Both the position numbers and the translations under genes were made by a program. From the NCBI GenBank assembly GCA_963816435.1, contig CAWFKS010000013.1, positions 122,848 through 186,847 of the forward strand: a stretch of 64,000 nt of DNA, written 5' to 3'. The stretch comes from an uncultured Alphaproteobacteria bacterium. GTDB taxonomy: Bacteria; Pseudomonadota; Alphaproteobacteria; Rhizobiales; Rhizobiaceae. Under the pieces are notes generated by a model. That model searched no databases, had not been told where the DNA came from, and saw only the letters and a program-made list of their open reading frames with translations. The stretch's first letter is position 1, and every line of letters starts with the position of its first letter. Below are positions 20,487-29,613 of this stretch, piece by piece.

Positions 20487-23030
20487 TCAGGCGCCGGGCG
20501 CCTGCTCCTCCACCGTTTTTCCGTCGGTGAAACGTGTCGCGATGCCGTGAACCGGCCATGCCGCCGGGTCGAGTTTTCGGCCTTCCGCCTCGACGCTCGC
20601 GTCGGCGGCAAACCGGACGGACCCGTATCGCGGGTCCTCGACCACCAGCGCGCCGTCGCCCGCCGCGGTGACCGTCAGCGCCTTGCAGGCTTCCGCGAAC
20701 GCGTCGAGCGAGCCGAACTCCCGCCGGTCGCCGAGGCGCACCAGCCAGGTCGCCTTTCGTCCGGCGGCGCGCAACTCGCATCCGGCTGTCGGGCCGGCGG
20801 CAACCTCGCCCAGCGGCGCGTCGGAGCGGATGTAGAGGAAGGCGCCTTGGGCTTCCGCGACCGCCTCGCGACTGCCGATCCGCGAATGGTCGAACGCGGC
20901 GCGCGGGAACCAGGCGTGGGTGAAGTCGGGCTGTTCGGCCGCGCAGTCGAAGGCGACGAGCGCCAACGCCTTGTACTGGTGGACGCGCGGCAGCGTTCCG
21001 CAACCGCCCCAGTAGGAAGGGCGGCCGTAGCCCGACTGCAGCACCTCGCCGGGATGGTTGATCCACACCTGCGCGTCCGGGTTTGCCCCCATGCGCAAAT
21101 GCAGCACAGTTTCCTGATAGCCCCACTGGTTCCAGCGATAGCCGGCGGCACTGCCCATCGCGTAGGCCGCCGTCTTGTAGTGGTAGAGCTTCGCGAAGCG
21201 ATCCTGCCCCTGCGCGAACGCCCATTCCCGGGCGTCGTCTTCGCAAAGCGAGGCGATTTGGGCCAGTTCGGCGGGCAGTTCCAGGCCGTGATCGCGCAGG
21301 CACAGCGCCAGCTGCGGCAGGGCATGGAAGCGCATGCCGAAATTGCCCTTGCCCCACAGCATGCGGCAGATGCCGGACAATTCCAGCGAGCGGGCCGCGC
21401 GGAGCGTGTGCTCGTAGGAACGGCCCTGTGCGCCGGTCAGGATACCGTGATGCGCGGAACGGGCGACGATTTCCAGCAGGCGGACGATCGCCTCGCCGGC
21501 GCGTTCGGCCATGTCGGTGTCGGGCGCCAGCGCGTAGAGCGCGCACAGGCCCTTGAGGTCGATCGGGAAATAAGGCGCCGAGTTGAACTCGGCCATCTCC
21601 CACTCCTCGAAGTGGTCGAGCCAGGCGCGCACGCGTGCCGCGCCGACGTCCGACTGGTCGCGGCCGATGCGTGCGGAGCGCACGAAGCGCTCGGCCGGGA
21701 AAATGTCGCCAGCGAGATAGGCGGCGGTGTGGAACAGCAGAGCGTGGTTCTCCGAGAAATACCACTGCACGTCGTTGCCCGGCTCGTCCATCCAGTAGCG
21801 GTAGCCGAGGATGGCGGCGTCGATGCGCCCGCGCAGTTCCGGGTCGATGGCGTCGCCGTGAACCTTGCGGCACCACAGGAGCGGCACGAGGATGAAATCG
21901 GCGCAGTCGTGGCAGTCCTCGATGGCCGGCAGCGTACCGGCGATCATCGCATCGGTCTCCGCGCCGGCCTTTCCAATGGCGAGGCGCGCGAGCGCGCGCA
22001 CCGTGTCGGCCTCGGCGTGCTCGGCCACCTCGTCGAGCGCTTCGCGGACGCGGTCATCCAGCTTCGCGGGTGCGGCGCCCTGGCGGGCGGCATGGCAAAT
22101 CTCGACGCCGAAGACGCGCGAGACGGAATGGCCGCCGACCGTCAGCGTCACCTTGAAATGGCGGAAATCGGCAGGGAGGTCCTCCGTTTCGGCTATCGAA
22201 AGGCGCGTTCGGCCGGCGGCCAAGGCGAGATCGAAACGCACGGGCGCCTCGATCGACATGAAATCGCCCTCGATGGTCACCGCGACCTCAGCATCGAGCG
22301 GCAGCGCGACGTCGCTGACCAGCGCCACCTCGCCGGCATCGTAGGCGGGGCGCTCGAAATGCATGCTCTCGAGCGCAGCCTCCATGGCGTCGGCGAGCCC
22401 GCCATCGACCGAAATCGGCAATGCGACGGCGGCGGAGGGACCGGACAGATAGTCGAGCTGGAAATAATAGCGCGCATCGCGCTCGGCGAGATCGTCGAAC
22501 CAGATGCGGATGTCGTTGCGTCCGGCCCTCAGCTGGACGCGGAATTCCTCGGCCGTTTCCAGGTTGCGTCCGTACGGCGCCATCCAGCCGGCCTCGGCGT
22601 CGTTGACGAACAGGACCGCGCCGCCGCAGGTGGCGAGCCGCAGGACCGCTTCGCCGGAGGAAACCGTCTCGATCACCGTCTCGGCCCAGGTGCCGATCAC
22701 GGTCGGTCTGAACCAGAAGCCGGAGAGATCGACGCGCGGCGACGCAAAGGGCAGCCAGACGCGGTCGGCAGCTGGAGCCGCGGTGACGCGCGGGCGCCTC
22801 CCCCGCTGCTCGGCGGTGAATTCGGTGCGGCAGGGATATTCGTGCGGAATGAAGTTCTTGTGCTTGGTCAGGAAGAAGAACGGGTCCATCTCGCCGGCCA
22901 TCGGGCGCTCGGCGACGTCGTAGCGGGCCTCCGCGGTCTCGCCCAGCCGCCAGTAGACGAGTGGAGCACCCGCGGCGACAGGGCGGCGCAGCGTGCAATC
23001 CGGGCTGATGTCACGAGCCGCCGCAATCAT
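20487..23030 (-). CDS. Large (847-aa) carbohydrate-active-like protein: N-terminal beta-sandwich + (alpha/alpha)6-type domain; family unresolved
   Basis: The start ATG overlaps the kduI stop (ATGA at 23027-23030). No signal peptide. The N-terminal segment resembles rhamnosidase-type sugar-binding domains (LATCGGAVLFVNDAEAGW...RAGRNDIRIWF). The central Trp/His-rich helical region suggests a six-hairpin fold. The assignment rests on context and composition only. Confidence 0.5.
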   Translation of the reverse strand: MIAAARDISPDCTLRRPVAAGAPLVYWRLGETAEARYDVAERPMAGEMDPFFFLTKHKNFIPHEYPCRTEFTAEQRGRRPRVTAAPAADRVWLPFASPRVDLSGFWFRPTVIGTWAETVIETVSSGEAVLRLATCGGAVLFVNDAEAGWMAPYGRNLETAEEFRVQLRAGRNDIRIWFDDLAERDARYYFQLDYLSGPSAAVALPISVDGGLADAMEAALESMHFERPAYDAGEVALVSDVALPLDAEVAVTIEGDFMSIEAPVRFDLALAAGRTRLSIAETEDLPADFRHFKVTLTVGGHSVSRVFGVEICHAARQGAAPAKLDDRVREALDEVAEHAEADTVRALARLAIGKAGAETDAMIAGTLPAIEDCHDCADFILVPLLWCRKVHGDAIDPELRGRIDAAILGYRYWMDEPGNDVQWYFSENHALLFHTAAYLAGDIFPAERFVRSARIGRDQSDVGAARVRAWLDHFEEWEMAEFNSAPYFPIDLKGLCALYALAPDTDMAERAGEAIVRLLEIVARSAHHGILTGAQGRSYEHTLRAARSLELSGICRMLWGKGNFGMRFHALPQLALCLRDHGLELPAELAQIASLCEDDAREWAFAQGQDRFAKLYHYKTAAYAMGSAAGYRWNQWGYQETVLHLRMGANPDAQVWINHPGEVLQSGYGRPSYWGGCGTLPRVHQYKALALVAFDCAAEQPDFTHAWFPRAAFDHSRIGSREAVAEAQGAFLYIRSDAPLGEVAAGPTAGCELRAAGRKATWLVRLGDRREFGSLDAFAEACKALTVTAAGDGALVVEDPRYGSVRFAADASVEAEGRKLDPAAWPVHGIATRFTDGKTVEEQAPGA

Positions 23031-23860
23031 CGCAGATCCTTCACCGCAACCGGATCGACATCGTTGTAGGCCTGGTTCTCGCCGGTCATGCCCCAGACGA
23101 AGCCGTAGGGGCCCGTGCCGGAGCCCATGTGGATCGACCAGGCCGGCGAAAGCACGCAATCGCCGTTGGCGACGATCAGGTGGCGGGTGTTGTCGGGCCG
23201 CCCCATCAGGTGGATCACCCGGTCCTCGTCGGCCAGATCGAAATAGCAATAGGCCTCCATGCGGCGCTCGTGCAGATGCGGCGGCATTGTGTTCCAGATG
23301 CTGCCGGGCGCCAGGTCGGTGATGCCCATCAATAGCAGGCAGGACGGGCCGACCTCAGGGTGGATGTACATTCGCAGCGTGCGCTTGTTGGCGCGCCTGT
23401 CCTCGCCGATCTCCACCGGCTTGGACTCCGCCCTCGTCACCAGCCGATGCGGGATGTCGGCGCCGGCCGGCACCGAGTTCATGTAGAACCGTGCGGGCTT
23501 TGCCGCGTCGTCGCTTTCCAGCGTCACCGATTTCGCGCCGCGCCCGACATAGACCACATCGCGGTTGGCGACGGCTTGGCGCGTGCCGTCGATGGTCACC
23601 GAGCCGGCGCCGCCCAGGTTGGCGATGCCCATTTCGCGCGCGGTGAAGAAGTGCTCGGTGCCGACATCGGCGCCGTCGCCGAAGCTCAGGGCTGCAGCCG
23701 TGGGGCAGGCGCCGCCGACGATCATCCGGTCGACATGGGTGTAGACGAATTCGATCGCGCCGGGCCTGAACAGGCCTTCCACCAGGAATTCTGCTCTCAG
23801 CCGGTCGGTGTCCATGCCGGAAATGTCTGCCGGCGAAGCGCCGTAGAGTGCGCGCATCAT
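23027..23860 (-). CDS. kduI: 5-dehydro-4-deoxy-D-glucuronate isomerase
   Basis: 278-aa cupin protein with conserved KduI stretches (FVYTHVDRMIVGG, MPPHLHERRMEAYCYF, NQAYNDVDPV). The start overlaps the upstream stop. The track ORF is over-extended to 24517. Confidence 0.9.
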   Translation of the reverse strand: MMRALYGASPADISGMDTDRLRAEFLVEGLFRPGAIEFVYTHVDRMIVGGACPTAAALSFGDGADVGTEHFFTAREMGIANLGGAGSVTIDGTRQAVANRDVVYVGRGAKSVTLESDDAAKPARFYMNSVPAGADIPHRLVTRAESKPVEIGEDRRANKRTLRMYIHPEVGPSCLLLMGITDLAPGSIWNTMPPHLHERRMEAYCYFDLADEDRVIHLMGRPDNTRHLIVANGDCVLSPAWSIHMGSGTGPYGFVWGMTGENQAYNDVDPVAVKDLR

Positions 23861-24960
23861 GCTGCTTGTGCCCTCGCGTCGAGATGGTTGAGGCCTTCGG
23901 TGAGGCACAGGATCGCCAGCGCCTGGCCGTAGCCGGTCGGCTGGATCGGAATGTCGCGATAGAATTGCAGGTCGTGGCCCATGCGCGTGCCGTAGGAGAC
24001 GTTCGACACGACGCCCTGCTCGTCGACGCTGGTCATCACGGCTTCCAGCGCCTTCAGCCCGGCGGCACGGCAGCCGGTGGGGCCGATGCCCAGCCGCGCT
24101 GCCTTGAGCAGGCCGTAGCCGAAGCCGGCGGTGGCCGAGATCTCCTCGTAGGACGCCGGGTCGTCGAGCAGCGTGCGCCATGCGCCCGACGGCGTCTGCA
24201 GCTTCAGCAGCGCGGCGATCTGCGTTTCCAGCACGCCGAGCAGGAAGTCGCGGACCGATGGCGCGATGTCGGCGATCTCGAGGAGATCGAGAATGCCGAC
24301 GGTGATCCAGGCATTGCCGCGGCCCCACAGGGCGCGGGCGAAATTGTGCCGGCCGTCGAAGGTCCAGCCGTGGAACCACAGGCCGGACGCCGGGTCGGCG
24401 AGATAGCGCGCGTGCACGAGGAACTGCCGTTCGGCCTCGTCGACGAAGCGCCGCTGGCCGGTCGCCTGCCCATGCGAGGCCAGGAACAGCGCCACCATGA
24501 ACAGCGTGTCGTCCCACAATTCGTCATCGTTGATGCGGTCGGAGACGTCGTGCTGAAAGCCGCCTTCGGGCGTGCGCGGCATCGCCGTCACCACACGCTC
24601 GGCCCAGTCCGCCAGAACCGGCTCGAACCGCGTCAGCCCCGCACGACGGGTCAGTTCGCTCAAGGCCAGCATCGGCGCGGTGGTGTTGACGTTCATCGGC
24701 GGCAGGCCGGCCTCGACCTGCCGGTCGAACCAGTTCTCGATCGTTCCCCGCAGCGTCTCGTCGCCGGTCTGCGACCACAGACGGACGAGGCCGTAGAGGC
24801 CCACGCCCTGCGGCCATTCCCAGCTGTCGAAGCTGACATAGTCGCCGGGCGTTCCGTCCAGATTGGGTTCGTGGAAGCGGCCGTCATGGCGCAGGCCGGT
24901 CATGCCGGCGACGAGCCCGGCAAGCACGGTTCTTACGCTGTCGGCCGAAAGCGGCATCAT
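23857..24960 (-). CDS. Unsaturated uronyl hydrolase (Glyco_hydro_88 fold; GH88/GH105-like)
   Basis: Motifs WEWPQGVGLYGL, DELWDDTLFM and LWGRGNAW are typical of YteR/UGL-type six-hairpin hydrolases. GGGAGGA lies directly upstream of ATG 24960. Confidence 0.8.
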   Translation of the reverse strand: MMPLSADSVRTVLAGLVAGMTGLRHDGRFHEPNLDGTPGDYVSFDSWEWPQGVGLYGLVRLWSQTGDETLRGTIENWFDRQVEAGLPPMNVNTTAPMLALSELTRRAGLTRFEPVLADWAERVVTAMPRTPEGGFQHDVSDRINDDELWDDTLFMVALFLASHGQATGQRRFVDEAERQFLVHARYLADPASGLWFHGWTFDGRHNFARALWGRGNAWITVGILDLLEIADIAPSVRDFLLGVLETQIAALLKLQTPSGAWRTLLDDPASYEEISATAGFGYGLLKAARLGIGPTGCRAAGLKALEAVMTSVDEQGVVSNVSYGTRMGHDLQFYRDIPIQPTGYGQALAILCLTEGLNHLDARAQAA

Positions 24961-25010
24961 TCCTCCCAGACAATGCGCCAACTCGCTCAACTCTCACACA
25001 GGTATTTTTC

Positions 25011-25038
25011 TTGCGCAATCTGAAAATCTTTTGCAAAA
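25011..25038. promoter_or_regulatory. Candidate LacI-type operator(s) in a divergent intergenic region
   Basis: Two perfect short palindromes were read directly: TTGCGCAA (25011-25018) and TTTTGCAAAA (25029-25038). They lie between the GH88-like gene and the LacI gene. Confidence 0.35.
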
Positions 25039-25064
25039 CCCCCACATCTGCTCGGGATTGAAAC

Positions 25065-26132
25065 ATGACCACGCAAGGAAAGCGCGGGCGGCCGAGCCGC
25101 CGCATCGGCCTCGAGGAAATCGCCAGGCGCTGCGGTGTGTCGGTCAGCACCGCCTCGCGCGCCCTGTCGGGCGTCGGCGGGGTGCGCGAACGGCTGCGCG
25201 CCGAGATCATCGAGACGGCGCGCTCGCTTAATTATGCCGTCCCGGCCTCCGTGGCCGGCCGCAAGGTTATCCTGGCGGCCAGTAGCGTCGCGCTGGTCGA
25301 CCAGGCGCGAAACCAGTTCACCTGGCACGTGCTCGACGGCCTCAACGAGCGGGCGCGGCTGCTCGGCGTCGACCTGCTGACGCGCCCGGTATCGGGCCCC
25401 GAGGAAGAGGACGCCCTGCTCGCGGACTCCGAGCGCGACGAGTTGGTGGCCGGCTGCCTGTTCCTGACGCTCGACGAGGACGACGTGCTGACGCGCGCCT
25501 CCGGCTTTTCCAAGCCGATCGTGCTGGTCAATGGCGACGATCCGTCGATGCGCCATTCCTCGGTCACGCCGTGCAACCGCTCGGCTGCCCAGATGGCGGC
25601 CCAGCACATGATCGGGCTCGGCCACAGGCGCATCCTGTTCGTGATGCGCCGCGGCAGGCGCACCATCGAGCGCCGCTACGAGGGCTGGCGCGACGCGCTG
25701 GCGGCGGTTGGGGTTGCCGCGCCCGACGAACTGGTGGTCGAGGTCGACGACTGGCTGCCGGAGCTCGCCGCGGAAGCGATCGAACGGCGCATCGCAGCGC
25801 GCGGCCTCGATTTCACCGGCGTGCTGACGGCGGGCGACAGCCTTGCCTTCGGGGCTATTCTCGGCGTGCAGCGCGCGGGGTTTTCCGTGCCGGGCGACGT
25901 TTCGGTGGTCGGCATGGACGACCTGCCGCTGTCGTCGTTCTCCAGCCCGCCATTGACGACCATGCACATCCCGATGCGCGAGATCGGCACGGCCGCGCTC
26001 AGCCTGCTGCTCGACGATTTGGCGCTGACGACGATGCCGGCGCGGCGCGTCGAGCTTGCCTGTCATCTCGTCGAGCGTCAGACGACGGCACCGGCGCGGA
26101 AAGGCGCGTGCTCGCATCAGCCGGCGTCCTGA
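25065..26132 (+). CDS. LacI-family transcriptional regulator
   Basis: N-terminal HTH (IGLEEIARRCGVSVSTASRAL) plus a periplasmic-binding-fold effector domain. Confidence 0.9.
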   Translation: MTTQGKRGRPSRRIGLEEIARRCGVSVSTASRALSGVGGVRERLRAEIIETARSLNYAVPASVAGRKVILAASSVALVDQARNQFTWHVLDGLNERARLLGVDLLTRPVSGPEEEDALLADSERDELVAGCLFLTLDEDDVLTRASGFSKPIVLVNGDDPSMRHSSVTPCNRSAAQMAAQHMIGLGHRRILFVMRRGRRTIERRYEGWRDALAAVGVAAPDELVVEVDDWLPELAAEAIERRIAARGLDFTGVLTAGDSLAFGAILGVQRAGFSVPGDVSVVGMDDLPLSSFSSPPLTTMHIPMREIGTAALSLLLDDLALTTMPARRVELACHLVERQTTAPARKGACSHQPAS

Positions 26133-26653
26133 ACGCTCGCATGGCGTCCGCCGGCGAAGAGCAGCGGTTCGCCGTCGCCGGTCGCCATCTCGTGGACGCG
26201 ACCGAGAAGGATCATGTGGTCGCCTGCCTCGAAGCGGTTCGCGACCTCGCATTCGAAGCGCGCCAGGGCGCGCGGCAGAAGCGGGACGCCGCGGGCGTTC
26301 CAGCTGAGCTCGAGGCCGGCGAAATCGGCTCCCGACTTCGAGAAGCGCGCGCTGAGATCGGCCTGGTCGGCGGCGAGCACGTGGATGGCGTAGTGCGCAC
26401 AGTTGGCGAAAGCCTCGAAGCGGCGCGAGTGGCGGCCGATCGACCACAGCACCAGCGGCGGGTCGAGCGAGACGGAGGAGAAGCTGTTGGCGGTGATCGC
26501 CATCGGGCCCTGCGGGGTTGCGGTGGTGACCACCGTCACGCCGGTCGCGAACCGTCCGAACGCATTGCGCAGCGCGCGGGCGTAGTCATTTCCGTTGGCG
26601 CCGGCTGCCGCGTCGGCACGGCTCTGCGTCTCGATCCTCTGATGCATCATCAC
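26117..26653 (-). CDS. NAD(P)H-dependent flavin reductase (HpaC/SsuE-partner type); SmoA-like by context
   Basis: Flavin_Reduct-type sequence (FATGVTVVTT...NSFSSVSLDPPLVLW). It is the last gene of a tightly overlapped three-gene operon. Confidence 0.8.
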   Translation of the reverse strand: MMMHQRIETQSRADAAAGANGNDYARALRNAFGRFATGVTVVTTATPQGPMAITANSFSSVSLDPPLVLWSIGRHSRRFEAFANCAHYAIHVLAADQADLSARFSKSGADFAGLELSWNARGVPLLPRALARFECEVANRFEAGDHMILLGRVHEMATGDGEPLLFAGGRHASVQDAG

Positions 26654-27579
26654 GGCACCTCATGTCCCAGGGCGAGGGTGTAGAGTTCGAACCAGGTCTC
26701 GCGATCCATCGGCACGTCGAACGCCTTCGACAGCGTGGCGATGCGTTCGGGCGCATTGGTTCCCATCACCGGCATGATCTTCGCGGGATGACGCAGCAGC
26801 CACGCGACCGCCGCCGCGCTCGCGTCGGCGCCGACTTGCTCACCGATCTCGGTGAGCCGGCTCAGGAGCTTTTCGTGGCCGGCCATGAACAGCCGCCCGC
26901 CGCCGAGCGGCGACCACGCCATGGGGATGGTGCCGCGCTCCTGGAGGAAGGCGAGGTCGCCATTGGTGAGCGCTTCATGGGCGATCAGCGACAGCTCGAT
27001 CTGGTTGGTGAGGAGCGGCGTTTCCATGCACGACTGAAGCAACGTGAAGTCGTGGGGCCGGAAGTTCGATACGCCGACGGCCCGGACCTTGCCCGCCTTC
27101 ACGGCCGCGTCCAGCGCCACGCCGGTCTCGTGCGGGTCCATCAGCGGGTCGGGCCGGTGGACGAGCAGCAGGTCGATGCGCTCCAGGCCCATCAGCCTGA
27201 GCGACCAGTCGATCGAACGCTCGATGTGGGCCGCACTCGTGTCGTAGTGCTTGACGCGGGCTCCGGCATAGCGTCCCGCGTCGATAACGATGTCGAACTT
27301 GGTGACGATCTCGACGCGGTCCCTGAGATGCGGCGCGGCCTTGAACGCCTTGCCGACGATCTCCTCGACCTGATAGCCGCCATAGATGTCGGCGAGGTCG
27401 AGCGTGGTGATGCCTTGATCCAGGCACGCCTCGATCTTGGCCTGGACGTGCTTCGGCGAGGTGTCGGGGTCGTCGCCGAGCCGCCAGGTGCCGTAGACGA
27501 TGCGCGACAGCGCCAGGTCGTCGTCGAGCGCGACGCGCTCCATCGTCTGCGAACCCGCGCGCGATACCGCCTGTTCCAT
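26650..27579 (-). CDS. Aldo/keto reductase (YdhF-like); SmoB-like by context
   Basis: AKR motifs (GTWRLG, LDLADIYG, VGVSNF). ATG 27579 overlaps the upstream TGA by 1 nt. The track ORF is over-extended to 27840. Confidence 0.85.
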   Translation of the reverse strand: MEQAVSRAGSQTMERVALDDDLALSRIVYGTWRLGDDPDTSPKHVQAKIEACLDQGITTLDLADIYGGYQVEEIVGKAFKAAPHLRDRVEIVTKFDIVIDAGRYAGARVKHYDTSAAHIERSIDWSLRLMGLERIDLLLVHRPDPLMDPHETGVALDAAVKAGKVRAVGVSNFRPHDFTLLQSCMETPLLTNQIELSLIAHEALTNGDLAFLQERGTIPMAWSPLGGGRLFMAGHEKLLSRLTEIGEQVGADASAAAVAWLLRHPAKIMPVMGTNAPERIATLSKAFDVPMDRETWFELYTLALGHEVP

Positions 27580-28736
27580 CACGTTCGCTCCCCGTTGCCG
27601 AGCGGCGTCGCCGGCACGCCGTCGGGCACGCGGCCGTATTCCTGCGGGAGCGAGCAGGTCTTGAGCTGCGGCAGCACCTTGGTGCCGAAGTGGCGGCATT
27701 CGTCGAGATGCGGGTAGCCGGAGAAGATGAAGGCGCGGATGCCCATCTTCCGGTATTCCTCGATCTCCGAAAGGACCTGGTCGGCCGACCCGACGAGGGC
27801 GGCGCCGCAACCCGACCGCGCGCGGCCGACGCCAGTCCAAAGATGCGGCTCGACATAGCCTTCAAGGTCGGCGAGCTCGCGGTTCCTGGCCTGGTGGGAG
27901 ACGCCCAGCGATGCCGCGTCCAGCGCCCGCTCTCGGATGCGCTTGCCCTGTTCGTCGTCGAGCTTCGACACCAGTTCGCGCGCATATTCCTTGGCCTCGG
28001 CCTCGGTGTCGCGCACGATCATGTGGACGCGCAGACCGTAGTCGAGCGTGCGGCCGTGCTTCTCGGCGCGCGCGTGAACGGCCTTCATGCGGCCGGCCAA
28101 TTCCTCCCTGGTTTCGGGCCACATTAGATAGACGTCGCACTGCTCGGCGCAGAGCTCGAGCGCGTCCGGCGAATAGCCGCCGAAATAGAGCAGCGGCCCG
28201 CCGTTCTGCTGGTACGGCTTGGCCGGCGCGGTCGGCAGCCCCTTGAAATGATAGACCTCGCCCTCGAAATCGATTTCGTCGCGCGTCCACGCCTGGCGCA
28301 GAATCTGCACGACCTCGCGCGAGCGCTGGTAGCGATAGCTGCTGGAGGCGTCCTCCCCGGGAAAGTTCGAGGAAATGATGTTCACCGTCAGCCGGCCTTG
28401 CAGCATGTGGTCGAGCGTGGCGATCGTCCTTGCCAGCATGATCGGCTGCATCTCGCCGCAGCGCACGGCGGCCAGCATGTTGATCTTCGAGGTGATCGGC
28501 GCGCATCCGGCAACGAAGGAGAGCGTGTCCTGCCCGACCTGGTAGGACGACGGGCAGAGGATGTTGCGGAAGCCCATTTCCTCCGAGGTCCTCACGATCT
28601 CCGAGCAATGCGCCCAGCTCGACCGCAGGCTGCCATCGGCCACGCCGAGATATCGGTAATCGTCCGAGCACAGCGCGGCGAACCACGACACCTCGGAGGC
28701 ATCCAGATCCTGTGAGGTTATGGGAACGACGCTCAT
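27579..28736 (-). CDS. Luciferase-like (LLM) flavin-dependent monooxygenase, SsuD/SfnG-related; SmoC-like by context
   Basis: 385-aa TIM-barrel LLM family protein with an alkanesulfonate-monooxygenase-like N-terminal half (MLARTIATLDHMLQGRLTVNIIS). Confidence 0.8.
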   Translation of the reverse strand: MSVVPITSQDLDASEVSWFAALCSDDYRYLGVADGSLRSSWAHCSEIVRTSEEMGFRNILCPSSYQVGQDTLSFVAGCAPITSKINMLAAVRCGEMQPIMLARTIATLDHMLQGRLTVNIISSNFPGEDASSSYRYQRSREVVQILRQAWTRDEIDFEGEVYHFKGLPTAPAKPYQQNGGPLLYFGGYSPDALELCAEQCDVYLMWPETREELAGRMKAVHARAEKHGRTLDYGLRVHMIVRDTEAEAKEYARELVSKLDDEQGKRIRERALDAASLGVSHQARNRELADLEGYVEPHLWTGVGRARSGCGAALVGSADQVLSEIEEYRKMGIRAFIFSGYPHLDECRHFGTKVLPQLKTCSLPQEYGRVPDGVPATPLGNGERT

Positions 28737-28810
28737 CCTGACCCTTTCGCAACGTCATTGAAAAATTGTCGCGCAGCGCTGCTTTCGGGCTTGCGTACCA
28801 TCGTCCTTGA

Positions 28811-28834
28811 TGTAGATCAATACTGTATCAATTT
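28811..28834. promoter_or_regulatory. Candidate GntR/HutC-type operator
   Basis: TGTAGATCAATACTGTATCAATTT contains GTA-N6-TAC and an imperfect inverted repeat TCAATAC/GTATCAA. It lies between the divergent monooxygenase operon and the GntR gene. Confidence 0.3.
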
Positions 28835-28859
28835 TCCCGGCATCGTCGGAAGCGAGCAA

Positions 28860-29597
28860 ATGAAGGTGAGGAGGGCCGAGCAAGGCCACCGGTCGAGCCA
28901 GTTGCGCGGGCCGCTGCCCGTGCACATGCAGATCAGCGAAATGCTGATCCGCGAGATCGCCGCCGGCCGGCTGTCGAACGGCGAGCGCCTGCCGCCCGAA
29001 CGCGAGATGGCGGCCAATTTGGGCATCGCGGTAGGCACCCTGCGGCAGGCGCTGCGCGACCTGACGGAAAAAGGGCTGCTTGAACGCATCCAGGGATCGG
29101 GCAACTACATCCGGGCGAAACCCGACATGCAGGGCGTCTACGCGTTCTTTCGCATCGAGCTCGTGGACGGTGGCGGCCTGCCGACGGCCGACGTCCTGTC
29201 CGTCGACACGCTGGAAAAGCCGGCCGATCTGCCGGAATTCGGCTCGTCACCGCGCGGGCACCGCATCCGGCGCCTCAGAAAACTCGGCGGAACGCCGGCC
29301 GCCATCGAGGAGATCTGGCTCGACGGCAGCCGCGCCGACACGCTGTCGGCCGAAGACCTCTCGGAATCGCTCTATCTCTTCTACCGCAACGCGCTCGGCT
29401 TCCACGTCGGGCGCGCCGACGACCGTGTCGGCGTCGGCCCCGTTCCCGACTGGACGCCTTCTGCCTTCGGGCCGAAGCCCGGCGCCGTGGCCGGCTTCAT
29501 TGAACGCATCGCTTGGGCGAACGACGGCCCGAGCGCCGAATATTCACGCACATGGTTCGACCCGGCGACGGCACGCTACGTTGCCCGGCTGCGATAG
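28860..29597 (+). CDS. GntR-family (HutC subfamily, UTRA domain) transcriptional regulator; SmoD-like by context
   Basis: Winged HTH (LPPEREMAANLGIAVGTLRQALRDLTEKGLLERIQGSGNYI) plus a UTRA-like C-terminus. ATG 28860 lies downstream of the track start at 28758. Confidence 0.85.
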   Translation: MKVRRAEQGHRSSQLRGPLPVHMQISEMLIREIAAGRLSNGERLPPEREMAANLGIAVGTLRQALRDLTEKGLLERIQGSGNYIRAKPDMQGVYAFFRIELVDGGGLPTADVLSVDTLEKPADLPEFGSSPRGHRIRRLRKLGGTPAAIEEIWLDGSRADTLSAEDLSESLYLFYRNALGFHVGRADDRVGVGPVPDWTPSAFGPKPGAVAGFIERIAWANDGPSAEYSRTWFDPATARYVARLR

Positions 29598-29613
29598 GAA
29601 GGTCAGGTTTCGC

